Shown here piece after piece: positions 24,703-32,138 of a stretch of DNA of 39,374 bases (its first letter is position 1; each line of letters opens with the position of its first letter). A program made the translations under genes and the position numbers. Origin of the DNA: a virus; the IMG/VR virus record IMGVR_UViG_3300005515_000023, positions 1 through 39,374 of that record. One strand, 5' to 3'. The notes beneath the pieces are model-generated. The model saw only the letters and a list, made by a program, of their open reading frames with translations. It was not told the origin of the DNA and did no database searches.

Positions 24703-24826
24703 GGCGATCCGGTCTGCCTAAGTTGGTCGGATGCCCATTTTGCACGCACAGAGCGCGCACGCAATGCGCGATCGCTGATCGCTGACGCCCCGTAAGCGCG
24801 CATAATTCTCATCTCCGGAGCAATCT

Positions 24827-25558
24827 ATGTTCACCGCTGACGATCTCACGCGGCTCGCGAAGGCGTGCGGCGCGAAGCCCAATGCTGCCGTAGTGGCAGG
24901 GATAGTCGAGAACCGCAGCTACCTGACCTATGGCGGGATCAACACGCCGGCCAGGGTCGCGGAATTCCTCGCTCAGGCATGCCTGGAGACCGATTATTTC
25001 CGCGTGCTGGAGGAGTACGCCAGCGGGAAGGCCTACGAAGGGCGCAAGGATCTCGGGAACGTCGTTGCCGGCGACGGCGTGAGGTTCAAGGGTCGCGGCA
25101 TCTTCCAGTGCACTGGCCGCGCCAACTACACCGCCTATGGCAAGCGGCTGGGTCTCGATCTGCTGAAGGAGCCGGGACTGGCAGCGCGGCCCGATATCAG
25201 CGCCCGCATCGCCGTCATGTACTGGAACGATAAAGGGCTGAACGCCTACGCCGATCGAGGCGAGACCGCGGCCATTTCGCGAGCGATCAACCGGGGCAAC
25301 CCGAAGGCCAAGAACCCAGCGAACCATGAGGCTGACCGGATCAAGATCGCCAAGCTGGCGCGTCAGATTATCAGGCCCGTAGCGAGCCCGGCCGCAGCCA
25401 ACACCTCCGACGCTGTCCCGGTCGAAGATCTCCCGAAAGCTCCCGCACCTCCGATCGACCACCAGCCGCCGGCTGTGATCGTCAGCGACGTGCCGCTTCC
25501 CAAGCCCGGCTTCTGGTCGCGCTTCTGGTCTGCTCTCACGAAGAAGGCTTCCGCATGA
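24827..25558 (+). CDS. Endolysin, glycoside hydrolase family 19 (chitinase-like)
   Basis: FLAQACLETDYF...LEEY...YEGRKDLGN...GDGVRFKGRGIFQCTGRANY matches the GH19 phage lysin pattern. CCGGAG RBS. Confidence 0.85.
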   Translation: MFTADDLTRLAKACGAKPNAAVVAGIVENRSYLTYGGINTPARVAEFLAQACLETDYFRVLEEYASGKAYEGRKDLGNVVAGDGVRFKGRGIFQCTGRANYTAYGKRLGLDLLKEPGLAARPDISARIAVMYWNDKGLNAYADRGETAAISRAINRGNPKAKNPANHEADRIKIAKLARQIIRPVASPAAANTSDAVPVEDLPKAPAPPIDHQPPAVIVSDVPLPKPGFWSRFWSALTKKASA

Positions 25559-26154
25559 ACGACCTGATCGCAGTCCTGACCAAGGCGGGCGCGCCTATCC
25601 TTGGCGGCATCATCGGAGGCCCGGTGGGCGCACTGGCTACCGCAGTCGTCGGAGCGCTCGCGGAAGCCCTAGGGACGCCTGCCACGCCCGAAGCAGTCAA
25701 GGAGGCCATCGAGACAGGCGGCCCGGCTGCGGAAGCCGCTGTGCGCCGCGTAGAGGCCGATCGCGGGCCGGGCTATCTCGAAGAGCTGAACGCGATCCTG
25801 AAGGATAGGCAGGAGGCTCGCCAGCACACCATCAGCCTGCTGGAAAGCGGCTCGTCGATGGCCTGGGGCGCGCCTATCGTCTCGGTGATCGTCATGGCCG
25901 GTTTCGTCGGTCTGTCATTCCTCGCCATGAAGCCGGAAAGCGCCGGCATCCGCAGCGACGTGGCGCTGTACCTTCTCGGGGCCTGGCAGTCTTTGGCAAC
26001 CGCAGTCGTCGGCTATTGGATCGGGTCGAGTGCCGGATCGGCCCGAAACGGCGACGCAATGCGCGCCCTGGCGCAGCAGGCCACCACACCGACCGCCGGA
26101 CAGATCGCCGGAAAGGCAATCGACGCCGCGGTGAAGACGGTCGCCAAACGATAG
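25555..26154 (+). CDS. Holin (GTA-type 3-TM holin family, putative)
   Basis: ATGA-coupled to the endolysin. G/A-rich N-terminal helix ILGGIIGGPVGALATAVVGALAEAL, a central soluble region, then TM segments (APIVSVIVMAGFVGLSFL, ALYLLGAWQSLATAVVGYWIG). Confidence 0.6.
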   Translation: MNDLIAVLTKAGAPILGGIIGGPVGALATAVVGALAEALGTPATPEAVKEAIETGGPAAEAAVRRVEADRGPGYLEELNAILKDRQEARQHTISLLESGSSMAWGAPIVSVIVMAGFVGLSFLAMKPESAGIRSDVALYLLGAWQSLATAVVGYWIGSSAGSARNGDAMRALAQQATTPTAGQIAGKAIDAAVKTVAKR

Positions 26155-26318
26155 CAGAGCGGCACAGGACGGCGCTTGCAACACCGCCCCGTGCCTTACC
26201 CCGAAGCCTGGATAAGAGGCCGCGAGGATCGGATACGAGATGCCTAAGCCTAGTGATGCGCAACCCGTGCCTATCAGCAGGGTTAACACGCCGTCGCCTA
26301 CCCGAAGGGTGACCCGGA

Positions 26319-26756
26319 GTGGCTGACATGAAGATGCCGGAAAAAGGCCGGTTCGAGTACAACCTCAATACGTGGGTGATACTCGGGGGCATTGCCGCCG
26401 GCCTAGCATCGACAGGCGCCACGTGGGGCTACTTCGCCAGCCAGGTCGCCAACGCTGATCGCGAAACCAAGGAGTGGCAGCAGCGCCACGAGCAGCTCCA
26501 CCGCGATCGCCTCCAGCAAACGACTGCCGAGAATTCCCGTCAAGAGCAGCGCCTCAACCAGGCTGAAGAGCGCTTGAGGAAGATGGACAACCTCGAATAC
26601 CGGATCACGGTTGCTGAGCAGGCGGGGCTGAACACTGCCAAATCGATTGAGCGCCTGACTGACACCGTGAACGGCCAATCGGCTGATATCCGCGTGATGC
26701 GGGAGATCATCGAGCGCCAGTTTGGGACCACGTTCCAGAGGCCCACCCGGCGCTAA
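26319..26756 (+). CDS. Membrane-anchored coiled-coil protein (i-spanin-like or lysis accessory)
   Basis: N-terminal TM WVILGGIAAGLASTGATWGYF followed by a Q/E/R-rich coiled coil. The start may be ATG 26328 rather than GTG 26319. Confidence 0.5.
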   Translation: MADMKMPEKGRFEYNLNTWVILGGIAAGLASTGATWGYFASQVANADRETKEWQQRHEQLHRDRLQQTTAENSRQEQRLNQAEERLRKMDNLEYRITVAEQAGLNTAKSIERLTDTVNGQSADIRVMREIIERQFGTTFQRPTRR

Positions 26757-26781
26757 CCAGACAGCACCTCCCTGTTGAACT

Positions 26782-26826
26782 AGCCGGCGCTGTCCTTCGG
26801 GGCGGCGTCGGCTGCTTTTTTGCGTT
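26782..26826 (+). terminator. Intrinsic terminator ending the late operon
   Basis: AGCCGGCGCTGTCC-ttcg-GGGCGGCGTCGGCT (UUCG loop, some G-U pairs) followed by GCTTTTTTTGCGTTTT. Lies between convergent gene ends. Confidence 0.75.
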
Positions 26827-27093
26827 TTACATTTGAGCGCGAAGTGCGGCGGCAATTCGCACGAAAGACGCGGTCGCCTCGTCACGTATGTCGTCGTAAT
26901 AGTGGTCATCCTGGCACGCGGAGGCGATCTTGATCGCTTCCTGTTCTGCCATAGTCTCTACTATTCGAGCAGCGCTTTCCGGTCCGATCTCTTCGCCACT
27001 ATCGTTCCATATTCTGACCCCCCGCTCAGCTCCGGGCGCACGTGTAGCCCACCACGGCGTCATCCACTGCGGCAGGTACTCGCTAAACTTCAT
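26827..27093 (-). CDS. Hypothetical protein (last gene of leftward array)
   Basis: Strong RBS GAGGAGGA upstream of ATG 27093. 88 aa. Confidence 0.6.
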   Translation of the reverse strand: MKFSEYLPQWMTPWWATRAPGAERGVRIWNDSGEEIGPESAARIVETMAEQEAIKIASACQDDHYYDDIRDEATASFVRIAAALRAQM

Positions 27094-27146
27094 CCCTTAT
27101 CCTCCTCATCAGTCATGCGGGCGGGGCCGCCGGCTCTTTTGGCGTT

Positions 27147-27476
27147 TCAATACCTGCCCTTGCCCGCCCGCGCGTTCACAAGCTCCATGTGCTTGATCCA
27201 TTGCAGCCAGCGCTCATCGCCAAGCCAATCACGGTAGGTATCCCAAGCTGAGCGGAACTGCTTCATCGCATCATCGCGCGTTTGAGCGACGCCTTGCTTG
27301 CCGAGGTCTGGTGATGGGTCATGGACTTGGATTGTCCAATGCCATACGGGGCTCTGCTGCCATGCTTGGTGGACGATCGACCCGATGTAGACGCCTTCGC
27401 TGGTCACACGCCAGAAGTGCTCTCGGTTCGCCTGAATCGGGTCGTCGGGATAGGTGCGGGAGAGGATCAGGCCCAT
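27147..27476 (-). CDS. Hypothetical Trp-rich protein
   Basis: 109 aa with GC3-rich frame. W-rich (WHWTIQV..., AWDTYRDWLGDERWLQW). No function recognised. Confidence 0.55.
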   Translation of the reverse strand: MGLILSRTYPDDPIQANREHFWRVTSEGVYIGSIVHQAWQQSPVWHWTIQVHDPSPDLGKQGVAQTRDDAMKQFRSAWDTYRDWLGDERWLQWIKHMELVNARAGKGRY

Positions 27477-27544
27477 CCCCCCAGTCTATGGCTTCTCCTT
27501 GCCGGAGGCGAGGGTGTCGCGCGTTTCCCATAGCGCCTTGACTG

Positions 27545-27631
27545 TCACTTCCATGGATCGCGCCATGTGGTCGGGCTCGTAGCGCCCCAGCGCGGCGGTT
27601 TGCCATACATGGGGTCACGCGGGTGCTTCAT
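27545..27631 (-). CDS. Possible 28-aa micro-ORF
   Basis: ATGA overlap with the stop of the upstream gene (27628). MKHPRDPMYGKPPRWGATSPTTWRDPWK with good GC3. Below the 60-aa track cutoff. Confidence 0.3.
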   Translation of the reverse strand: MKHPRDPMYGKPPRWGATSPTTWRDPWK

Positions 27632-27837
27632 CCCTCTTTCCCCTCTGCGAGCGCGAAGAGGGCTTCTCGTCCACTCTTCGTAATCCGCCACGTTGGCCGG
27701 TCTTCCAGCCCAACGCGCTCTGTGAACTTCTCGACATAGCCAAGGTCGCTAAGAGCGCTCATCTCTGGCTCGCATGAGCCGACAGCCACCGGCGCGCAAT
27801 CCACGAGCCGCAGGACTGATTGTTCCTGCGGGCTCAT
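27628..27837 (-). CDS. Small winged-helix-like protein
   Basis: ATGA-coupled. LSDLGYVEKFTERVGLEDRPTWRITKSGREAL looks like a wHTH recognition helix plus wing. Confidence 0.55.
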   Translation of the reverse strand: MSPQEQSVLRLVDCAPVAVGSCEPEMSALSDLGYVEKFTERVGLEDRPTWRITKSGREALFALAEGKEG

Positions 27838-28394
27838 CTACTTCCCCTCGCAGCGGCGGAAGCGGAACGGGCTGGGGAGTGCTCGTCGTTGATCGCGATC
27901 ACAGTCCGGTCGGGCTTGTTCGTGTAGAGCCAGAACTGCCAAGCCTCCCCTGCGCCTGAATAGATGCCGAGGTACCACGATCCCTTGTCCATCTGTTCGA
28001 GGTGTACCTTCGCTCCGCAGGCTACGACCTCGTCGATTGTCCCGTCGTCGTTCCGGCGGATTTCGACCTCCGTCTTTTCGGTCGCAATCGCCACCGCCTG
28101 CGCGAGCTTGGCTTGAAGTGCATCTGCCCTAGCGGCCTCCTCCCTGATCATGATGCCGCGTTGTTTGCAGACCTCGCGCTCGATCTCGATCTCCGCGTCC
28201 TTCGCCTCGAACGCTGGGCGGATGAGGGAGAGGATGCGCGCAGTGGCTTCAGGGATGCCGCGGGTCTTTCCGCTGTGTTCGGTCCACAGTTCCTCAGAGA
28301 GGATGAACGACAGGTCTTCCTCGCTCGGCATCCCAGGTGCGGCGGAGCATGATGCATTTTCGGCGTATTGCTCTGAGGGTGAGTTAGCGCTCAT
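27834..28394 (-). CDS. Hypothetical protein
   Basis: ATGA-coupled at both ends. GGGAGACAAGGA RBS. 186 aa with a central coiled coil. Confidence 0.6.
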   Translation of the reverse strand: MSANSPSEQYAENASCSAAPGMPSEEDLSFILSEELWTEHSGKTRGIPEATARILSLIRPAFEAKDAEIEIEREVCKQRGIMIREEAARADALQAKLAQAVAIATEKTEVEIRRNDDGTIDEVVACGAKVHLEQMDKGSWYLGIYSGAGEAWQFWLYTNKPDRTVIAINDEHSPARSASAAARGSR

Positions 28395-28750
28395 TCCTTG
28401 TCTCCCGCCGCTGAGAGCATGGCGCTCGGAGGAGCGGGCGCCAGAAAGAGCTTGTGCTCGCCAGGTAGCAAGCGACTGAGCCGGCTGTCGATCTCATTTA
28501 GAGATATGCAGCGCCGCCCGTCATGCATGTAGACGGTCGCACGAACGCTTGGTTCGGCTGCCGCCTCCTTCGGCTTGGCGGATTCGTAGGCCTCGATCGC
28601 GACGACAGCCAAGGCCTGAGCGCTCTCCCACTGGCGCTGCTGCCTAGCGAAGTCCTGGTTGCTAACCGGGCCTTCCATCGCTTCATAGAGCGCCTTTGCA
28701 ACGGTGCTCTTCGCCTTCTCATCGATCATTGCAAGACTCCTGGTCTGCAT
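28391..28750 (-). CDS. Hypothetical protein
   Basis: GC3-rich frame. An alternative start MIDEKAKS at 28729 would reduce the overlap with the upstream gene. Confidence 0.55.
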   Translation of the reverse strand: MQTRSLAMIDEKAKSTVAKALYEAMEGPVSNQDFARQQRQWESAQALAVVAIEAYESAKPKEAAAEPSVRATVYMHDGRRCISLNEIDSRLSRLLPGEHKLFLAPAPPSAMLSAAGDKE

Positions 28751-28946
28751 CGCGGGCCTCGTTGAGTGCGGCGCGGCATTCGGCGCACTGCTCGAAATCG
28801 AGCACGCCGTGTTCGCAAGGAGTTGTCATTCCGCGGACGAATGAGGCACGTTGCGCTTCGTCATGAGCTTTGCGCTGCTCAGGCGTCATTGCCTCATAGC
28901 GACGCACGGCTTCGCGAAAGAGATGACGGAGTTGAAGCTCGCTCAC
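28719..28946 (-). CDS. Small Cys/His-containing protein
   Basis: GTGA overlap with the upstream stop. TPCEHGVLDFEQCAECRAAL suggests a small metal-binding knuckle. Confidence 0.5.
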   Translation of the reverse strand: MSELQLRHLFREAVRRYEAMTPEQRKAHDEAQRASFVRGMTTPCEHGVLDFEQCAECRAALNEARDADQESCNDR

Positions 28947-29263
28947 GACCGGCCCTCCTTATCGCCTGTGGGGTGGGGATTTGAGGTGGCATCCGCTAGG
29001 TTCCGGCCAGAACTCTCAGGCGGGAGCGGAAGCGGCATCCAATGCGTTGGCGTCACCACCGAATAACGGTCATACAGCCCCTGCCATCTGGGCTCCCCGA
29101 TCGGCTCACCGCCCCATACCGTACGCGCCCAAATGCAGTTTGCGTACCGGTCGGCTTCGCCCGTAGCTTCACGGACAGCCCAAAGGTCGATGACCGTCCC
29201 ATCCTTCGGAGCCGTTTCGATCGGCTGCCAGGTAGGTGAGGACAGCTCGCGGATGCCCCTCAT
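28943..29263 (-). CDS. DUF551-like protein (second copy)
   Basis: WQPIETAPKDGTVIDLW... and TPTHWMPLPLPPES. Paralogue of 4891..5181. Confidence 0.7.
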   Translation of the reverse strand: MRGIRELSSPTWQPIETAPKDGTVIDLWAVREATGEADRYANCIWARTVWGGEPIGEPRWQGLYDRYSVVTPTHWMPLPLPPESSGRNLADATSNPHPTGDKEGRS

Positions 29264-30984
29264 AATCCCCCCTCCCCATGGCCGGGGGCGGGGTTGAGGG
29301 CGGCAAAGACGTGGTTGCGAAGCTCAAGCAAGGCCATGAGGCCTTCTGGCGTCTTTTCAGGCCAGCACTTGCAGCGCTCGTAAATCTCGCGAGCCTTCTC
29401 CATCCACTCGGCAGAAAACGCCTCCACCACCTCCCCAGTCGCGGGAGAGGACAGGGCGACGCGGGCTGCATCTTCGGCAGAGTGCAGCCACGACACCAAT
29501 CGGTTCAGATCGCCGTACAGCTCCCGCTTATGCCAAACCGGATCAGCGACCTTCTCGCCTGCCAGAAATGCCGACCTCGTCCACCCTTCCAGGATTTCGC
29601 GTTGCTCGCGCCATCCATCCGGCGAACCCAACGCCTCCCTTACCCCGCCCGCAGGCGAGGGGTTTGGCTTGTCGAGGGCTAGGTCTACCTGCCCTTGAGC
29701 ATAGCCAAGCCCGTAATGATGGCCGGGGCCGCCGCGTTCCTCGTCGATTGTCGCTACAACTGACATTATTTCTGCGAGGTAGACCTTCTGCTGCTCAGGA
29801 TCGACTGTCGGCCAGTAGGAGCCTCGTCGCAGCGACAGTCGTTGCGCGGCCTTGTAGACGGCGCGCTGAAGGAGAGATCCCACGCGCTCTGCTGCTTCGC
29901 TGCCCTCTTCGGCAAGCGGGATGTAGCCGTCCTCGCCGCACGCCACGACCATCCGCAGCAGGGTATCAACCTCCCCGACGCCGAGATCATTCGCCCCCCT
30001 GCGAAGCTGATATCTCGCGAGGCGGATGGCCTCTTTCATGCCACGCATACGCTCGGCAGACGAAAGGTCGACATCATTGCCCGCAGGCGAGGGAGAGGAC
30101 ACGGGCGATGAGGGGGTGGCGCCTGCGAGTACATCGATGCCCATTCGAAAAACGGTCGCGTCGAGCGCGCGCTTGTCCTTGTCAGCAATCTTGGCGCGCT
30201 GGCTGAATAGGCCGATCATCATGTCGCGCTCATGCTCTTGCAGCTTGGGCTCGTCCTCGCCCGGCAGCGAAGGGTCCTTGAGCAACTGGTCAGCCCGCCA
30301 CATCAAGGCCCTATGGGAAGCCGGGATATCGCCGTCCCCGGTCTCATGGCCATAGCGGTTCAGTGCCGCGAGCATGTCCGTCAGGACCGAGCGCCATGCC
30401 ACCGGCTCGGGTGCCCCATCCCCTTGCGTCGGGGCCGTGAGAGAGGCGAGACGGAGTATTTCTTGAGCGCTGGCCGTGCGCTCCGCGTCGTCGGCTTCCC
30501 CGGCCAGCAGGCTCTCGTCCCGCTCTTTCAGGAAGGCCGCCACCGCCTCCACGCTCGCGGTCTGGACGGGCGCGGGTGGGGTGGCCGCAAGGGCGGACCT
30601 GATGCGGGACTCGTAGTCGGCTTGGGCGGTGGCCATTGCCTCGTTTGGCGACTTGAACCCGATCTTGCCACCGAAGAGACTAGGCGGCTCGAAAGCCCAC
30701 GAGTTGTTTGATCGCATGTAGACCAGATAGCGACCGAAACTGCTTTCCGCGCGCCACGTTGGGCTATGGTTCAGTCCCTGCTCAACCCAATCCAGCTGCT
30801 TGACCACCACACCGCCCGCACCGGCCTGCGAGAGGGGTCGGCTGTTCCACAGTTCGACGGTGTCCGCGCACCCGGCGCAGTCATCGCACGCCGGCCCCTT
30901 GCGCTCGGTCGATACCCAGCCCTCGGGGTCGATGTTCGCGCTGCCGCAGAACGGGCAAGGCAAAAGCTTCGCGGCTTCATTCAT
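29260..30984 (-). CDS. Large multidomain protein with N-terminal Lar-family (restriction alleviation) zinc ribbon
   Basis: Start MNEAAKLLPCPFCGS (GGAGAAG RBS). CPFCGS...GPACDDCAGC...ELWNSRP matches the Lar-type zinc ribbon. Followed by the KQLDW...GRYLVY...AMATAQADYESRI module common in alphaproteobacterial prophages, then about 400 aa that I cannot assign. Confidence 0.65.
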   Translation of the reverse strand: MNEAAKLLPCPFCGSANIDPEGWVSTERKGPACDDCAGCADTVELWNSRPLSQAGAGGVVVKQLDWVEQGLNHSPTWRAESSFGRYLVYMRSNNSWAFEPPSLFGGKIGFKSPNEAMATAQADYESRIRSALAATPPAPVQTASVEAVAAFLKERDESLLAGEADDAERTASAQEILRLASLTAPTQGDGAPEPVAWRSVLTDMLAALNRYGHETGDGDIPASHRALMWRADQLLKDPSLPGEDEPKLQEHERDMMIGLFSQRAKIADKDKRALDATVFRMGIDVLAGATPSSPVSSPSPAGNDVDLSSAERMRGMKEAIRLARYQLRRGANDLGVGEVDTLLRMVVACGEDGYIPLAEEGSEAAERVGSLLQRAVYKAAQRLSLRRGSYWPTVDPEQQKVYLAEIMSVVATIDEERGGPGHHYGLGYAQGQVDLALDKPNPSPAGGVREALGSPDGWREQREILEGWTRSAFLAGEKVADPVWHKRELYGDLNRLVSWLHSAEDAARVALSSPATGEVVEAFSAEWMEKAREIYERCKCWPEKTPEGLMALLELRNHVFAALNPAPGHGEGGL

Positions 30985-31069
30985 CGTTCTTCTCCGTGCT
31001 GCGGGAGAGGGCTTGGGCCGCGCGCCATTCCGCGACCACATTCTCGGTGGGGGTGGTCTCCCGGCTCAT
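30977..31069 (-). CDS. Possible 30-aa micro-ORF
   Basis: ATGA overlap with the stop of 31066..31275, and its stop overlaps the Lar-gene start. MSRETTPTENVVAEWRAAQALSRSTEKNDE has better GC3 than the alternative N-terminal extension of the Lar ORF (track start 31041). Confidence 0.3.
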   Translation of the reverse strand: MSRETTPTENVVAEWRAAQALSRSTEKNDE

Positions 31070-31275
31070 CGTCCGGTCTCCTGCGGAGAGGGGGATTTTG
31101 GGTAGACCCGAACCGAATCCTTGTTCCATTTGACGCCGAAACGCTGGCCGTTCTCGAACTCGATCCCGGCAACGTTCCTGGACGGACGCCCGTCGCGGAG
31201 GCTCGCATGAGCCGCTCGGACCTGAAGGATGAGATCGCCACCCGCCTCCAGAATGATGCGCTTGATCTCGCCCAT
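31066..31275 (-). CDS. Hypothetical small protein
   Basis: GGAGGGG RBS upstream of ATG 31275. 69 aa. Confidence 0.55.
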   Translation of the reverse strand: MGEIKRIILEAGGDLILQVRAAHASLRDGRPSRNVAGIEFENGQRFGVKWNKDSVRVYPKSPSPQETGR

Positions 31276-31315
31276 CTACCCCTCCACCGAGGAAGAGCGG
31301 GCGATAACCGGAAGA

Positions 31316-31753
31316 TCAATCATCGTCGCTCTCCTTGGTCTGGAGAACGACACCTCCGTCAGCAATGCCGATGCCGACAAGTCGAAGGCCGGACGCAGCG
31401 CCGTAGCTGCTGCACCAAACCATCGTATCTCGATGCATAACGAAGTCGCCGCCCTTGTATCCCACCATCGTCGAGCCGTTGGCGGACTGCGCGGCCATCA
31501 GAAATTCGGCGACGGTCGAATTCGATCCACAGGGGTCGAACTCAATCTGCTCATAGTAGCCGCGGTAGCTCCTGAACTGCCCTGGCGCAGATCCTGAGGC
31601 GTCTACAGTAATCTGAAGTCCACCATCGAGGGACGCTAAGGCGTCGATGAGATTCCCGAGCGTCATTTGCCCGGCGGCAACAGCCTCCGACCGGATTTTC
31701 CCCCGCAGTTCGGGGAACAAGTCGTAGATCGATAAAACTCGCGGCTCACCCAT
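31316..31753 (-). CDS. Hypothetical protein (first gene on the far side of attP)
   Basis: Start MGEPRVLSIY at 31753 (GGAGGAGAG RBS), not the track start 31804. F(R)SYRGYY...GYKGGDF pattern recalls a widespread phage family of unknown function. Confidence 0.55.
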   Translation of the reverse strand: MGEPRVLSIYDLFPELRGKIRSEAVAAGQMTLGNLIDALASLDGGLQITVDASGSAPGQFRSYRGYYEQIEFDPCGSNSTVAEFLMAAQSANGSTMVGYKGGDFVMHRDTMVWCSSYGAASGLRLVGIGIADGGVVLQTKESDDD

Positions 31754-31872
31754 GTCGGCTCTCCTCCCGGTTCGGAGAGGAGGGGGCACGCCTCTCCATG
31801 CCACGGCCTTGTTCGACCATGGCGTGGTAGCCGGATGCCCAGGTGGCGCGGGGGGAGGGCGGATTATCCTCT

Positions 31873-32131
31873 CCGGGTATTTTCCCGGGTATTATCGAAG
31901 ATGGCTTTCCGATGGGACATTGAAAATCAATATGTTGGGACTTGAGTTCGGCGGTCTCCGTCTCCGCCACCATACTTTTCCGCATCGTTTGCTCCTGTCC
32001 CAAAAGGCTTGAAAAGAAGGGCTTCCGCGGCGCATAACCGTTACAGGACGGTTCAGCGGATACCGGTGCAGCCCGATGAGTATCGGGTATTTCGCCGGGT
32101 ATGGCAATGCATGAACCGGGTATTTCGCCGG
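31873..32131 (+). repeat. Candidate integrase arm-type sites: 5 direct copies of (C/T)CGGGTAT
   Basis: Copies at 31873, 31885, 32083, 32095 and 32116. CGGGTATTTCGCCGG is repeated exactly at 32084..32098 and 32117..32131. Confidence 0.55.
32009..32038 (+). promoter_or_regulatory. Candidate integrase promoter TTGAAA-N18-CATAAC
   Basis: TTGAAA at 32009..32014 and CATAAC at 32033..38. The same -10-like hexamer occurs at the candidate PRM. Confidence 0.3.
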
Positions 32132-32138
32132 AAATCGC

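Larger units (their letters stand above)
31754..32138. other. Putative attP region
   Basis: Non-coding and GC-poorer, adjacent to the integrase start. Flanked by clusters of CGGGTAT repeats. Contains an AT-rich patch (31915..31935) and a tRNA 3-prime-end-like CGTCTCCGCCACCA (31959..31972). Confidence 0.5.

Noticed and set aside
26155-26756. Embedded or adjacent o-spanin (Rz1-like lipoprotein)
   Set aside because: The only small ORF in the gap (26243.., MPKPSDAQPVPISRV...) has no signal peptide or lipobox Cys. All ATGs inside 26319..26756 are in the main frame.
27117-27146. GC palindrome GGCGGGGCCGCC followed by CTCTTTTGGCGTTT as a terminator
   Set aside because: The best pairing leaves a 2-nt loop, which is sterically implausible. 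The T-tract is on the + strand, which is antisense to the local operon.
27319-27618. 99-aa minus-strand ORF overlapping 27147..27476
   Set aside because: It overlaps the better-supported Trp-rich ORF out of frame. The product is R/P/G-rich. The upstream gap is better explained by a coupled 28-aa ORF plus an untranslated spacer.
29260-31041. Track version of the Lar-domain gene starting at 31041 (593 aa)
   Set aside because: The extra N-terminus (MWSRNGARPKPSPAARRRT) is R/P-rich with poor GC3. ATG 30984 has a GGAGAAG RBS, and the upstream space is better explained by a coupled 30-aa ORF in another frame.
31941-31972. A tRNA gene or fragment in the attP region
   Set aside because: Only the last roughly 14 nt look like an acceptor/CCA end. 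The upstream bases (TTCGGCG) do not fit a T-loop (no A58-equivalent) and no cloverleaf can be drawn. It is kept only as a possible short attP/tRNA identity segment.
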